64,000 bases of DNA from an uncultured Chloroflexia bacterium (GCA_963748625.1 CAVVJT010000010.1:800001-864000); one strand, 5' to 3'. Shown: positions 9,579 to 20,662, numbered from the stretch's first letter. The notes: a model not told the origin generated them from the sequence alone. Translations and numbers: made by a program.

Positions 9579-10148
9579 ATGCTGGGGAGCCTCGTGGGGG
9601 AGCCGACGCGGGAACGGGACGGACGAGCGTCCCTGCGCGTCCTCGACGAGCGGGAGGCGGCGTTCCGGCACCTCTGCGACCGCAACCTGGACGGCGCCTA
9701 CCGGCTGGCTGGGGTGATCCTCGGCGACCGCGTGGAGGCGGAGGATGCGGTCCACGACGCGGCTGTCGCGGCCTGGCGGTCCTTCGCAAGCCTGCGCGAC
9801 CTCGAACGGTTCGAGCCGTGGTTTCGGCGCATCGTGGTGAACGGCTGCCGGGACCGGTTGCGGGCGCGGGCGCGCCATCGCGTGGTCGATCTCGGCCGGG
9901 AGCTTGCCGAACGGGAGCACCCCGTGGTGTCCGATGCCTCCGCCGCCGCCGCGGACCGGCTTGCCGTCGAGGACGCCCTCGACGCGCTCGATCCCGATCA
10001 CCGGATCGTCGTTGTGCTCCGGTTCCATACCGACCTCACCGTTCCGGCGATCGCCGCGACCCTCGGCATCCCCGAGGGGACGGTGAAGTCGCGGCTGCAC
10101 CACGCGCTCGGCCGCCTCCGCGCGGCGATGGAGGAGGCGGACCGATGA
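9579..10148 (+). CDS. ECF RNA polymerase sigma factor
   Basis: EAEDAVHDA, FEPWFRRIVVN (region 2), IAATLGIPEGTVKSRLH (region 4 HTH). Confidence 0.95.
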   Translation: MLGSLVGEPTRERDGRASLRVLDEREAAFRHLCDRNLDGAYRLAGVILGDRVEAEDAVHDAAVAAWRSFASLRDLERFEPWFRRIVVNGCRDRLRARARHRVVDLGRELAEREHPVVSDASAAAADRLAVEDALDALDPDHRIVVVLRFHTDLTVPAIAATLGIPEGTVKSRLHHALGRLRAAMEEADR

Positions 10149-12704
10149 GCGGACGCCACGACGACGACATGAACGACCTCGATCCGCGCCTGGAGCGTGC
10201 GCTGCACGACGTGCTCGGCGCCCGCGACCCCGGGTCCGCGTCGCGGACGCTGCGCGAGCGGGTGGACCGGGTCCCGGAGCAGGACGCAGCCGGACGTGAG
10301 CGGCGGTCCCGGGCGAACTCCGCGCTGCTGGCCGTCGTAGGACTGGCCGCCACGCTCCTGCTGGTGGCCGTGCTCGGCCCGATGCTCGCGGCACGGCCAC
10401 AGGGCCCGGCGACGAGCGCGGACCCGTCGGGCGTGATCGGGACGCCGCTCCCGACCACCCCGCCCGACGTCCCGTACGACTACCCGGAGATGGCGCCCTA
10501 CGTCATCGACTCCGGCGGGCCCTCCCCGCTGATCGACCCCGTGCTCGCGCTGCCCGTGGTCCTGGTCGGTGCGGCAGCAATCGTGCTCGCCGTTGCCACC
10601 GGGCGGCGGATCCGGCGGCGGCGCTCCGGGTCCATCGAGAACCGGCACGGCCGCCTCGCCCGCCTCTCGGACCGCCAGCTCGGTCTCGCCTGGGTCGGCG
10701 TCATCGTCGCCGCCGTTGTGCTGGTCGCCGTTCCGCAGCCGTTGACCGCGTCCGTCAACGGGACTGGCGGCCCGTTCCTGGTGACCGTCGAGGGCATCAC
10801 CCCCAGTGACGTCTTCGAAGGCCAGACGACCGCACCCCACCCGGGCCAGGTCAGCTTCCAGGAGCTCACGATCACGAACCGCGGCCTGCTTCCGGCGACG
10901 GTTGGGCAACCGCAGCCCTGGAGCCTCGACGGCCTGCCGATCCAGCCCGGGCGCTTTGCCACCGTCCGCCTGACCTACGAGGAGGCGCTGGCGATCCCCG
11001 AGCCCGAGCCCGTGCTGCTGTGGCCGGGCCAGTCCACCTACGTCCGCCTCCTCTATTCGCACCTCCCCTGCGAGGCCTGGGGAGTCCCGGCCAGCCCGAC
11101 CAGCACCCCGTGGCCGACGTTCCGCCCTGACGGGGAGGCGCCGGTCGTGCCGCCGGACACGGAGGTCGTGGTGCGGACCGACCTCCCGGTGGCAGGCTCG
11201 GTGCTCGGCCTGCCGCGGACGCTCGTCGTGGACACCGGCTATCCCTTCGGCATGGTGGTGCCAACTGCCTGCCCGCCCAGCGAACCGATTGCGGTCGCCG
11301 ACCCCTCGCGTGTGCCGGCCGACCTCGCGATGGGCAACGGAGCGGGCGTCTACACGCCAGGAGACGGCGCCCGGAACGGGCCAGACGTGGATCATCCTGG
11401 TGGACGTCGCGCTCATCGTGACGGCTGTCGGCATCGCGTGGGCCCTGCGCCGGCGCCGGGCCCTGGCGGTGCTCGTGGTCGGCCTGGCGCTCGCGACGGC
11501 CTGGTGGACGGTCCAGCCGGCGTCGCTCTCCTCCGACCCGACGGACCTCGTGGGGCAGGGGCAGGTGTCGGGCGGCGAGGAGGGTGTCCCGACCACGTTC
11601 GACGTCGGCAGCGGCGGCGTGCTGACCTTCGGCTTCACGCTGCACAACGACGACCCGGTCCCGGTCACCCTGCTCGGTGTCGAAGTCGGCAGCCGGCCAA
11701 CTGCGGCTCACCGGGCTCGGGCGGCCCTGGGGGACGCCGTCGGCGATGCCGTCGGACAACGCTGCCTTCTTCGTGCCGGTGCAGCGTCGACGGCGGCGCG
11801 ACGCTCCAGGTGCTCGGCCAGGCCACGGCCGGCTCCTGCGCACGCACGCTTGCGCAGCCGCACGACGCCTGGATCCACCTGCGCGCGATCCCGTTCACCT
11901 ATGAACGGCTGGGTTTGCGCCAGACGACCCTGGTGCCGCTGGCGAGCTCGATCCGGGTACCCGGCGACGCCGCGTGCCTGGCGTCGGCGGCAGTGGCCCC
12001 CGACGGACGCGAGGCATGGTTCCCGGTTCGGGCGCCGGTCGCCGCCGACCCCGTGTTCCTCGGCGGCATCGCGGCATGGCTGCTGGCCGGGATGGCCGTC
12101 CTGGTGACGGTCGCGTTCTTCCGCCGACGCGACCGGCGGAGGGCCGCGGTCGCGCTGGCGGCGCCGTCCTTCTTGGTGGCTGGTTCGCATTCGGCTACCT
12201 GGTGCCGGTCGAACTGGTCGTGTACGGCACCCAAGCGGACATCGGCACCGTGGACAACCCGAACGACAACGAGACGAACAGCCTCTTCGTGAACGCAGCT
12301 CCGGGGGAGGCAGTTCGCCTTCGGGATTGTGCCGAGCGGAGACCGCGTGATCCCGGTCACGATCACGGGCCTCGCAGCCGGCGAGGGGCAGGGACCATGG
12401 ACGAGTCTCTGGTCCAGCACGGCCGTGTCCGATGACGCCTGGACGCGCCCAACCAGCCGGTCGGCCCGGACGCGGCTGCCCGCTGGTCCGAGCTCGGGCT
12501 CTGGGTCACGGCGAACCGCCGACGAGTGCGCCGTTCCGAGGCCCGACCCGGCGCAGCCACCTCCGTTGGCCTCGACTACGTGCAGTTGCGGGTGACGGTG
12601 AGGATCGAGGTGCTCGGCATCCCGCGGACGGTGGAGCTCGACGAGATGGCGTGGCCCCTGGCGCCGCTCTCCGGCCGACGTGTCTCCAGGCGGGCGGCGG
12701 CTAG
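10145..12704 (+). CDS. Putative membrane anti-sigma factor with three repeated TM + extracytoplasmic modules; several apparent frameshifts
   Basis: ATGA overlap with the sigma gene; N-terminal DPRLERALHDVL..LRERV anti-sigma-like helix then TM; coding-like text continues through several frames. 3' end uncertain (12704 or 12747). Confidence 0.6.
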
Positions 12705-12707
12705 GCG

Positions 12708-12998
12708 TCAGCCACGGCGGATCGTCGTCTCGTACTCGGGGAAGTAGCGGCCGATCACGGGCAGGTCGAACCGGCGCAGGATCGACTCCTTCGGCTCACG
12801 CCGCAGCAGGAACGCGAACGAGCGCTCGACGAGGTCGTCGGGCTGGTCGGCGCCCGGGGCGAAGCGGGCCAGGTCCTCGCGCGACACCGCCACCTCGTGC
12901 TCGGTCTGGCGGCCGCTGGCCGGGTCGCCCACCGTGACGCGGCAGGTCCAGCCGGCGGGACCGGGCTCGCAGGTGACGGCGACGGGCTCAGGGCTCAT
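12708..12998 (-). CDS. Conserved-looking hypothetical protein (96 aa)
   Basis: LVERSFAFLLRREPKESILRRFDLPVIGRYFPEYE reads as globular protein; ATGA-coupled to nei. Confidence 0.7.
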   Translation of the reverse strand: MSPEPVAVTCEPGPAGWTCRVTVGDPASGRQTEHEVAVSREDLARFAPGADQPDDLVERSFAFLLRREPKESILRRFDLPVIGRYFPEYETTIRRG

Positions 12999-13779
12999 GG
13001 GGCACTCCGGGGATCGGGCTGGCAGGTAGGGCACCAGAAGGTCAGCCTCGGCAGGTCGATGCCCTGGTGCTCGACCGCGGATGATCGCACCGCAGCGGGG
13101 ACACGGCCGGGCGGCCCGCCGGTAGACGTGGCGGGGCCGACGGCCGGTGGCCACGCCCTCACGGAGGACCACGATCGCGCGGTCGACCAGGTCGCGCAGG
13201 AGCAGCGTCGTCCACGTCGGCGACCCGGCGCCACGGCGACACGCCCGCCTGCCAGAGCACCTCGTTCTTGACCTCGTTGCCGATGCCCGCGAGCGCGCGC
13301 TGGTCCAGCAGCGCGGGCCCGATCTCAATCGCCGCCCGCGACGGCTCCCGCAGGCGGCGGATCGCCTCGTCCACGTCCACCGGCGGCTTGAGCAGGTCCG
13401 GCCCGAGGCGGGAGAGCGACGGGTGCAACGCCTCGGCCCGCTGCTCGAACAGCTCGACCACGGGCGCGTCGAAGCACACGCAGACCGACCCGGGCACCTC
13501 CAGCACGAGGCAGGCCCGAGACGGGGCCAGGCGCCACCGCTCGCCCGGCCGGTACCGGTGCCAGGAGCCGTGCATTCGCAGGTGCGTCCTGATCTCCAGC
13601 CCGTTCGAGAACCGGATCAGCAGGTTCTTGCCCTGCGCCTCGACCACGGTCACCTCCGCGCCGACAGCCTTCTCGACGCGCGGACCCGGCTGGCGCGCGC
13701 TCGCGGCGGTCACCACCTGCCCCACGAGCCAGGGCCGCAGGCCGTTCGCCGTGCGGACGAGGGTGTCGCCCTCGGGCAC
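12995..13779 (-). CDS. nei: Fpg/Nei family DNA glycosylase/AP lyase (Nei2-like), two apparent frameshifts
   Basis: MPEGDT N-terminus, GKNL, HLRMHGSW, LLDQRALAGIGN (H2TH); zinc finger CPRCG..WCPTCQ in shifted frames. Confidence 0.88.
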
Positions 13780-13941
13780 CTACCCAGCCTCGGGCACGGC
13801 GAGCGGATCGTCGCCGTCGGGAACCAGGACTGCGGACTGCTGGGCCACCTCCGAACGATAGCCGAGGCCAATCCCACCGCGGCTCTGGTGCGAAGAGAGA
13901 GGTACCGGCCGCACCGAGTGGGCCGGACCGACGAGGGAGTC

Positions 13942-14967
13942 ATGCTCGAGCACGCCATCATCGCCGAAGGCCTTCGCAAGTCGTACCGGGACGTCCACGC
14001 TCTCCGTGGGGTCGACCTGCTGGTGCCCTCGGGCACGATCCTCGGCCTCCTTGGCCCCAACGGGGCCGGCAAGACGACCGCCGTGCGCATCCTCTCCACG
14101 CTGCTCCGTCCCGATGAAGGACGGGCGACGGTGGCAGGCCACGACGTCGTCCGCGAGCCCGATGCCGTGCGGGCCTCGATCGGCCTGACCGGCCAGTACG
14201 CGGCCGTCGACGAGAACCTCACCGGACGCGAGAACCTGGAGCTGGTAGGACGGCTGCTGCACATCGGACGGCCTGCGGCACGCACCCGGGCCGACGAACT
14301 GCTCGAGACGTTCGACCTGACCAACGCCGGCGGCCGCCCCGCCCGCACCTATTCCGGTGGCATGCGCCGCCGCCTCGACCTCGCGGCGAGCCTCGTGGGC
14401 AGGCCGTCGGTCCTCTTCCTCGACGAGCCGACCACTGGTCTCGACCCTGCCAGCCGCCTCGGGCTCTGGGAGGTCATCGAAGGCCTCGTGGCCGACGGGA
14501 CGACCATCCTGCTGACGACCCAGTACCTCGACGAGGCCGATCGACTCGCCGACCGGATCGCTGTCATCGACGGCGGCCTGGTGATCGCGGAGGGGACCGC
14601 CGGAGAGCTCAAGGACCGCCTCGGCGAGGACGTCGTCGACCTCCGGGTCGCGGTCGCCACCCGCACGGCCGAGGCCGGCGAGCTGCTCCGTCCGCTCGCC
14701 GCGGCGGAGCCGCGCATCGACGTCGAGACCGGGCGGATCAGCCTGCCCGTGCACCACGGGGCGGGCACGCTCCCCGAAGTCGTCCGCCGCATCGACGGCG
14801 CGGGAATCGAGGTGGCCGAGCTCTCGCTCCACCGGCCGAGCCTGGACGACGTCTTCCTGGCCCTCACCGGCCGTCGCGCCGAGGAGGGCGACAGCGACCG
14901 GGAGGCCACCGAAACCCCCACTCCCCGGCGCCGCTTCGGCCGCCCGGCCCGGAGGAATGCCGCATGA
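13942..14967 (+). CDS. ABC exporter ATP-binding protein (DrrA-like)
   Basis: GPNGAGKTT, YSGGMRRRLD, FLDEPTTGLD, LTTQYLDEAD, PSLDDVFL. Confidence 0.92.
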   Translation: MLEHAIIAEGLRKSYRDVHALRGVDLLVPSGTILGLLGPNGAGKTTAVRILSTLLRPDEGRATVAGHDVVREPDAVRASIGLTGQYAAVDENLTGRENLELVGRLLHIGRPAARTRADELLETFDLTNAGGRPARTYSGGMRRRLDLAASLVGRPSVLFLDEPTTGLDPASRLGLWEVIEGLVADGTTILLTTQYLDEADRLADRIAVIDGGLVIAEGTAGELKDRLGEDVVDLRVAVATRTAEAGELLRPLAAAEPRIDVETGRISLPVHHGAGTLPEVVRRIDGAGIEVAELSLHRPSLDDVFLALTGRRAEEGDSDREATETPTPRRRFGRPARRNAA

Positions 14968-15789
14968 CCGCTGTCAGCACGACCACCACCGCCGCCGCGA
15001 GCCGGCCGCCGTGGCCACATCCACCGTTCGCCGTGGTGGATCGTCACCGACTCGGTCACGATCGCCTGGCGCAACATGCTGGCCGTCGTCCGGAACCCGC
15101 AGCTCCTCGTCGTGGACACGATCACACCGATCATGTTCGTGCTGCTGTTCGCGGTCGTGTTCGGCGGCGCCATCAACACACCAGGCCTCGACTACATCAC
15201 GTTCCTGATGCCCGGCATCTTCGTCCAGACGGTTGTCTTCGGCGGGACCGGCACCGCGGTGGGCCTCTCCGAGGACCTCCAGAAGGGAATCATCGACCGC
15301 TTCCGCTCCCTCCCGATGGCCCCCTCGGCGGTGCTGATCGGCAAGACGTTCGCCGACCTGCTCCGCAACGCGTACACCGTCGTGGTGATGACGGCTGTCG
15401 GCTTCCTCATCGGCTTCCGCTTCACCGGCTCGGTGGCCGAGTTCCTCCTGGCGCTCGTGATCATCACGCTCTTCGGGTACGCGATCAGCTGGCTCTCGGC
15501 GAACATCGGCCTCCGTGCCAAGTCGTCACAGGCGGCGCAGGGGGCGATCTTCATCGCCGTCTTCCCCCTCACCTTCCTGTCGTCCGCCTTCGTCCCGGTG
15601 GCAACGATGCCGGAGTGGCTCCAGCCGATCGCGGAAGCGAACCCGGTGACGGTGGTGGTGAACGCGGCGCGCGGCCTGATCATCGGGCTGCCGCAGACCG
15701 ACACCATCCTGCTGGCCGGCGCCTGGATCGTCGGGATGGTCGCGGTCTTCGCCCCGATGGCGGTCTGGAGCTATCGCCGCCGCGGGTAG
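14964..15789 (+). CDS. ABC-2 type permease (DrrB-like), apparent frameshift near the 5' end
   Basis: DLQKGIIDRFRSLP, SSAFVPVATMPEWLQ, NPVT; about six TM helices; ATGA overlap with the ATPase. Confidence 0.88.
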
Positions 15790-15813
15790 CGTCGAGGCCC
15801 AGCAGCAGCGGAT

Positions 15814-18800
15814 CTATCTCGACGGACGAACAGGTCGCGGCCGTGGGTACGTCCGCTCGGTGCGACGCGGCGGGCCCGGCCCGCAGCGCGTACCCCCGGT
15901 AGCCGGCCACGAATCCGGCGGCCAGCAGCGCGTCCTTGAACGGCGACGAGCCCGACCGCCTCGCCATCCACCTTGCCGATCACCAATTCGCGCACACGCC
16001 CGTCGGCCACGAGATCGCCCAAGGCCCGCAGCGCCGCCGCCGAGCACGGCGGGCGCATCGGCAGCCGCCAGCACCTGGAGCGACGACCCGCCGCGGTCCA
16101 CGTACAGCGCCGCGGCCCCGTCCACCAGCACCACGTAGGCCCCGGCGGCCCGCTGGAAGACCCGCTTGTCACCCTCGCCCCGGCGCGGCCAGGGCAGCGC
16201 GGCCCCGTACGGGTTCGCAGGATCGGCGGCGGCCAGCAGGTGCACCACATGGCCGTGCTCACCCGCCACCTCGCCCGGCAGGTCCCGCATCGCCCGGAGC
16301 CTGTCAACGGCCCCCGGGAGCGCGAACTGCGCCGCGCCCAGCCCGTCCACGAAGTAGCCGCGCCGGATCCGACCGCCCTCCTCGAGCAGCTTGAACACGG
16401 GGTACACGGCGCTGAACCCACCGTCCACGGCCTCGCTGCCCACCGCCTCACGGGTGACCACGCCGTGGCGTTCGAGCAGCACCATGGCCTGCGCATGGAG
16501 GCGCTCGGTGCGCGAGGGCCCAGACGAGCCGCCCGCATCGTCGTCCCCTGGATCCCAGGCCAGCGACCAGCGGCCCGCGGCCTCCGGCGGCCCCAGCGAT
16601 GTCAGCCGGCCAGGTCGCGGCCGGTGGTCCTTCGCCGGCCGCTTCCAGCGCAATGCCCGGAGCGGCGCGAAGGTGTCGTTGGTGACCTCGCCCGCCCAGA
16701 CGAGGTCCCAGAGCACGTCGAGCACCTCCCGGTCCGACCGCGCGCCCGATGCCGTGAACAGCTCCCGGTAGAAGCAGGCACCGCGACGGCGAAGGTGGGC
16801 TCGCAGCCGCTCGTGGATGTCGCTCGACGGGCGCTCGACGCCGTCGGGCGGGCCGACCGGGCGCAGCACCTCGCGGCCGGGCCGGTACAGCACGATACGC
16901 CCGTCGTCGCGCCCGAGGCTCCCCCGCCCCACCCAGGCGACCTCGCCCATCGCACCCAGCTCGTCGAGGAGACGCGGCTGGTAGCCGGGGACACGTGCCG
17001 GGAGCACGTCCCGTTCCAGGACCGACGCCGGGATCGGGAGGCCCGCGAGCTGGTCCACGGCCTGGGCGAGGCGCTCGAGCGCCGCATCGCCCCGGAGCGG
17101 ATGCACGACAGCGCCCGACGCGGCGGCCCCTGCCGACGGCGACGGGGCCACCCCCTGCCATGCCGCCAGGAAGCGCGCAAGCACGACGGGATCCACCGGC
17201 TCCACCTCGCGGCGCAGCCGTGCGAGCGAGCGTCGGCGAAGCAGTCGCAGCACCTCGGGATCGCAGTACTCGCGCTCGGCGCCACCCGGCCGGAACTCAC
17301 CGGCCAGCAGCGTCCCGGCGGCGACCAGGCGGTGCAGCGCGTCCTCGACGACCCCGGCGGGAAGCCCCCAGCGTCGCGCGGGCCCGGCGCCGGTGAATGG
17401 ACCGTGGCTCCGGGCGTACCGGGCGAGCAGGCCGTCGAGGGCGCCGACGACCGGCGCGAGGAACGCGGCCGGCACGCCGGGCGGCGCGGCCACCCCCACC
17501 CCGTCCCGGTACCTCGCCACGTCCTCCATCGCGATCCAGCGCTCCTCGCCGGCGATCCGGGCCCGGACCGCACGCCGGGTGGACGCCAGCTCCGCGAGGT
17601 GCAGCAGCGCCTCGACCCTCCCGCCGGCCGTCCGTGCCCCCGCCTCGTCCGGGGAGAGATCGCCCAGGCGCCTGAGCTGGTCGTGGACCTGGTCCGCGGT
17701 CCTCGCCAGGCGATCGTCCGAGAGGGCCTGCAGGCTCAGCTCCAGGTCCGCGAGGGCGTCGGGATCGAGGAGCTCGCGCAGCTCCTCCTGGCCGAGCAGC
17801 TCGCGGAGGAGGTCCCGGTCCAGGGTGAGTGCCTGGGCGCGGCGCTCGGCGAGCGGCGCGTCGCCCTCGTACATGTACGCCGCGACGTAGTCGAACAGGA
17901 GCGACGAGGCGAACGGGGAGGCGGAAGCGGTCTCCACGCCGTGGACGAGAATCTCCCGGCGCTGCACGCCGCCGAGGAGGTCGCGGAGCGCCGGGAGGTC
18001 GAACACGTCGGCCAGGCACTCGCGATACGTCTCCACGAGGATCGGGAACGAGCCGTAGCGCGAGGCGACTGCGAGCAGGTCGGCGGCCCGCTGGCGCTGC
18101 TGCCAGAGCGGTGTGCGGGTTCCGGGCCGCCGCCTCGGCAGCAGCAGGGCGCGCGCAGCGTTCTCACGGAACCGTGAGGCGAAGAGGGACGACTGACCGA
18201 CCCTCCCGACGACCAGGTCCTCGACCTCGTCCGGGTCCGGGAACAGCAGCTCCTCCACCCCGTCGAGCGTGCCGTCGCTCTCCGGCAGCCGGATCGCGAT
18301 GCCGTCGTCGGAGTAGATCGTCTGCACCTCGAGGCCCAGGCGCTCCTGCAGCCGCGCCTCGATGGCCAGCGTCCACGGCGCGTGCACCCGGCCACCGAAC
18401 GGGGTCAGGATCACGAGGCGCCAGTCGCCCAGCTCGTCGCGGAAGCGCTCGATGACGATCCGCCGGTCGGTGGGCAGGACGCCGGTCGCCGCCCGCTCGT
18501 CGTCGAGGTAGGCAAGCAGGTTCTCGGCCGCGAGCTCGTCGAGGTCGTGATCGCGCTGGAGGCGATCGGCGGCCCGCGCCCGGCCCTTCGATCCCTTGGC
18601 GAGATCGGCCTCCGTCTCGCGCACGAAGGCGCCGATCTCCCGCCCCAGCTCCACCGGCCGCCCGACCGCGTCCCCGTGCCAGAACGGCAGCTTGCCCGGG
18701 ATCCCTGGGGCGGGCAGCACCGTGACCCGGTTGGGCGAGATGTCCATCACCCGCCAGGAGGACGCTCCAAGCACCACGACATCGCCGTGCATGCCCGCGC

Positions 18801-20469
18801 GCAGCTCGTAGACCATCTCCTCGTCGAGCTCGCCGACGCGCCGCCCGGGCTGACCCGCCTCGCCCTCCATGAACACCGGGTACAGGCCGCGGTCCGGGAT
18901 CGTGCCACCACTGGTAACGGCGACCACCCGTGCATCCCTGCGCCCCTCCACCACGTCGGTGAGGCGATCCCAGGTGACGCGCGGCTTGAGCTCCGCGAAC
19001 TCGTCCGACGGGTAGGCCCCGGAGAGCATGCCGAGCACGCCCTCGAGCGCCTCGCGCGTGAGCGTCTCGAACGGCGCGGCGCGGCGGACCGCCTCGAGCA
19101 GCGCGTCCACCGTGAACGGCTCGGCCAGCGTCATCGCGACGATCTGCTGCGCGAGCACGTCGAGCGGGTTGCGCGGGATCACGGTGGGCTCGATGCGGCC
19201 CAGGTGCATGCCCCGGACTACGACTGCCGTCTCGAGCAGGTCGCCGCGGTACTTCGGGAAGATGACGCCCTTCGACGGCTCGCCGACCTGGTGGCCGGCG
19301 CGGCCAACGCGCTGGAGTCCGCGCGAGACCGATGTCGGGCTCTCGACCTGGATGACGAGATCGACGGCGCCCATGTCGATGCCGAGCTCCAGGGAACTCG
19401 TGGCCACCAGCGCGGGCAGGCGTCCGGCCTTGAGCTCCTCCTCGATCTGCAGGCGCTGCTCACGGGCGATCGATCCGTGGTGGGCGCGGACCAGCTCCTC
19501 GCCTGCGAGCTCGTTGAGGCGTTGGGCCAGGCGCTCGGCGAGGCGGCGGCTGTTCGTGAAGACGATGGTGGAGCGATGCTCGCGGATGAGCTCCAGGATC
19601 CGCGGGTGGATGGCCGGCCAGATCGAGCTCCTCGTCTCGCCACCGAGCACCGGGCCGCCAGGCTGCTCGTCCATCGGCAGGACCTCGCCCAGGCGGGCCA
19701 TGTCCTCAACGGGGACGATCACCTGCAGCTCGAGGTTCTTGCGCGTGCCCGCGTCCACGATCGCCACCTCGCGGCCGTCGCCGGCCCCGCCGAGGTAGCG
19801 CGCGATCGTCTCCAGCGGGCGCTGGGTGGCCGACAGGCCGATGCGCTGGACGGGTGTTGCGTCCGCCGGCCGCAGCCGCTCAAGACGCTCCAGGCTCAGG
19901 GCGAGGTGCGCGCCCCGCTTGGTCCCGGCGATCGCGTGGATCTCGTCAACGATGACGTGCTCGACGCCCCGGAGGATCTCCCGCGCCTGGCTTGTAAGCA
20001 ACAGGTAGAGGCTCTCGGGCGTGGTCACGAGGATGTCCGGCGGCCGGCGGACGAGGTTGCGGCGCTCGTCGGCGGGTGTGTCGCCGGTTCGCGAGGAGAT
20101 GGAGATGCGCGGTGGCTCGAGGCCGAGGCGTTGCGCGGCGAGCGCGATGCCCGCGAGCGGTGCCCGCAGGTTCCGCTCCACGTCGTAGGCCAGCGCCTTC
20201 AACGGCGACACGTAGAGCACGCGCACCGTTCCCGGCTGCGTGCGCGTGGGTGGCGGGCTGGGGCGCTCCACCAGCCGGTCGAGACACCACAGGAACGCGG
20301 CCAGGGTCTTGCCACTGCCGGTGGGGGCGTGGATCAGGGTGTGGCGACCCTCGCTGATCGCCCGCCAGCCATCGGCCTGCGCCGGCGTGGGGGCCTCGAA
20401 CGTCGCCTCGAACCAGGCCCGGACGGCGGGCCCGAAGGGTGCCAGGGGATCACGGATCGGCGTGGCCAC
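15814..20469 (-). CDS. lhr: Lhr ATP-dependent DNA helicase (long form); C-terminus blurred by apparent frameshifts
   Basis: APTGSGKT, DEIH, LSAT, HHGS, ATSSLELGID, QRVGRAGH; C-terminal DPANPYGAALPWP. Confidence 0.92.
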   Translation of the reverse strand: MATPIRDPLAPFGPAVRAWFEATFEAPTPAQADGWRAISEGRHTLIHAPTGSGKTLAAFLWCLDRLVERPSPPPTRTQPGTVRVLYVSPLKALAYDVERNLRAPLAGIALAAQRLGLEPPRISISSRTGDTPADERRNLVRRPPDILVTTPESLYLLLTSQAREILRGVEHVIVDEIHAIAGTKRGAHLALSLERLERLRPADATPVQRIGLSATQRPLETIARYLGGAGDGREVAIVDAGTRKNLELQVIVPVEDMARLGEVLPMDEQPGGPVLGGETRSSIWPAIHPRILELIREHRSTIVFTNSRRLAERLAQRLNELAGEELVRAHHGSIAREQRLQIEEELKAGRLPALVATSSLELGIDMGAVDLVIQVESPTSVSRGLQRVGRAGHQVGEPSKGVIFPKYRGDLLETAVVVRGMHLGRIEPTVIPRNPLDVLAQQIVAMTLAEPFTVDALLEAVRRAAPFETLTREALEGVLGMLSGAYPSDEFAELKPRVTWDRLTDVVEGRRDARVVAVTSGGTIPDRGLYPVFMEGEAGQPGRRVGELDEEMVYELRAGMHGDVVVLGASSWRVMDISPNRVTVLPAPGIPGKLPFWHGDAVGRPVELGREIGAFVRETEADLAKGSKGRARAADRLQRDHDLDELAAENLLAYLDDERAATGVLPTDRRIVIERFRDELGDWRLVILTPFGGRVHAPWTLAIEARLQERLGLEVQTIYSDDGIAIRLPESDGTLDGVEELLFPDPDEVEDLVVGRVGQSSLFASRFRENAARALLLPRRRPGTRTPLWQQRQRAADLLAVASRYGSFPILVETYRECLADVFDLPALRDLLGGVQRREILVHGVETASASPFASSLLFDYVAAYMYEGDAPLAERRAQALTLDRDLLRELLGQEELRELLDPDALADLELSLQALSDDRLARTADQVHDQLRRLGDLSPDEAGARTAGGRVEALLHLAELASTRRAVRARIAGEERWIAMEDVARYRDGVGVAAPPGVPAAFLAPVVGALDGLLARYARSHGPFTGAGPARRWGLPAGVVEDALHRLVAAGTLLAGEFRPGGAEREYCDPEVLRLLRRRSLARLRREVEPVDPVVLARFLAAWQGVAPSPSAGAAASGAVVHPLRGDAALERLAQAVDQLAGLPIPASVLERDVLPARVPGYQPRLLDELGAMGEVAWVGRGSLGRDDGRIVLYRPGREVLRPVGPPDGVERPSSDIHERLRAHLRRRGACFYRELFTASGARSDREVLDVLWDLVWAGEVTNDTFAPLRALRWKRPAKDHRPRPGRLTSLGPPEAAGRWSLAWDPGDDDAGGSSGPSRTERLHAQAMVLLERHGVVTREAVGSEAVDGGFSAVYPVFKLLEEGGRIRRGYFVDGLGAAQFALPGAVDRLRAMRDLPGEVAGEHGHVVHLLAAADPANPYGAALPWPRRGEGDKRVFQRAAGAYVVLVDGAAALYVDRGGSSLQVLAAADAPAVLGGGAAGLGRSRGRRACARIGDRQGGWRGGRARRRSRTRCWPPDSWPATGGTRCGPGPPRRTERTYPRPRPVRPSR

Positions 20470-20478
20470 GGGATCGCG

Positions 20479-20515
20479 AGTATAGGCCCGGTCCTGCGAT
20501 TGGTACAGATGTTCT
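20479..20515 (-). promoter_or_regulatory. lhr promoter with putative LexA (SOS) box
   Basis: Minus strand AGAACatctGTACC (20502-20515), one mismatch from the GAAC-N4-GTTC core, over the -35 position of a TATACT -10 (20479-20484). Confidence 0.6.
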
Positions 20516-20516
20516 A

Positions 20517-20662
20517 GATCGCCCAGCCGGGGGCGATCCTGCCCGATCCCCCAGCCGGGGGGCGAGTCTGCAGCCTGTGTTCGTGGCTCAACCGCCGAAT
20601 CGCCCAGCCGGGCGCCCGATCCCTGCAGGCCAGGCCCCAGATGCCCCCCTGGCTGGGCGATG
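20517..20662. repeat. REP-like cluster of imperfect direct and inverted cccagccggg(g) units
   Basis: gatcgcccagccgggggcgatc, atcccccagccggggggcga, atcgcccagccgggcg and inverted gcccccctggctgggcgat. Confidence 0.6.

Noticed and set aside
9416-10144. N-terminal extension (VVAARC repeats) of the 958-aa ORF
   Set aside because: It is the translated VNTR plus an alternate frame of the sigma gene; the plausible start is the ATGA overlap at 10145.
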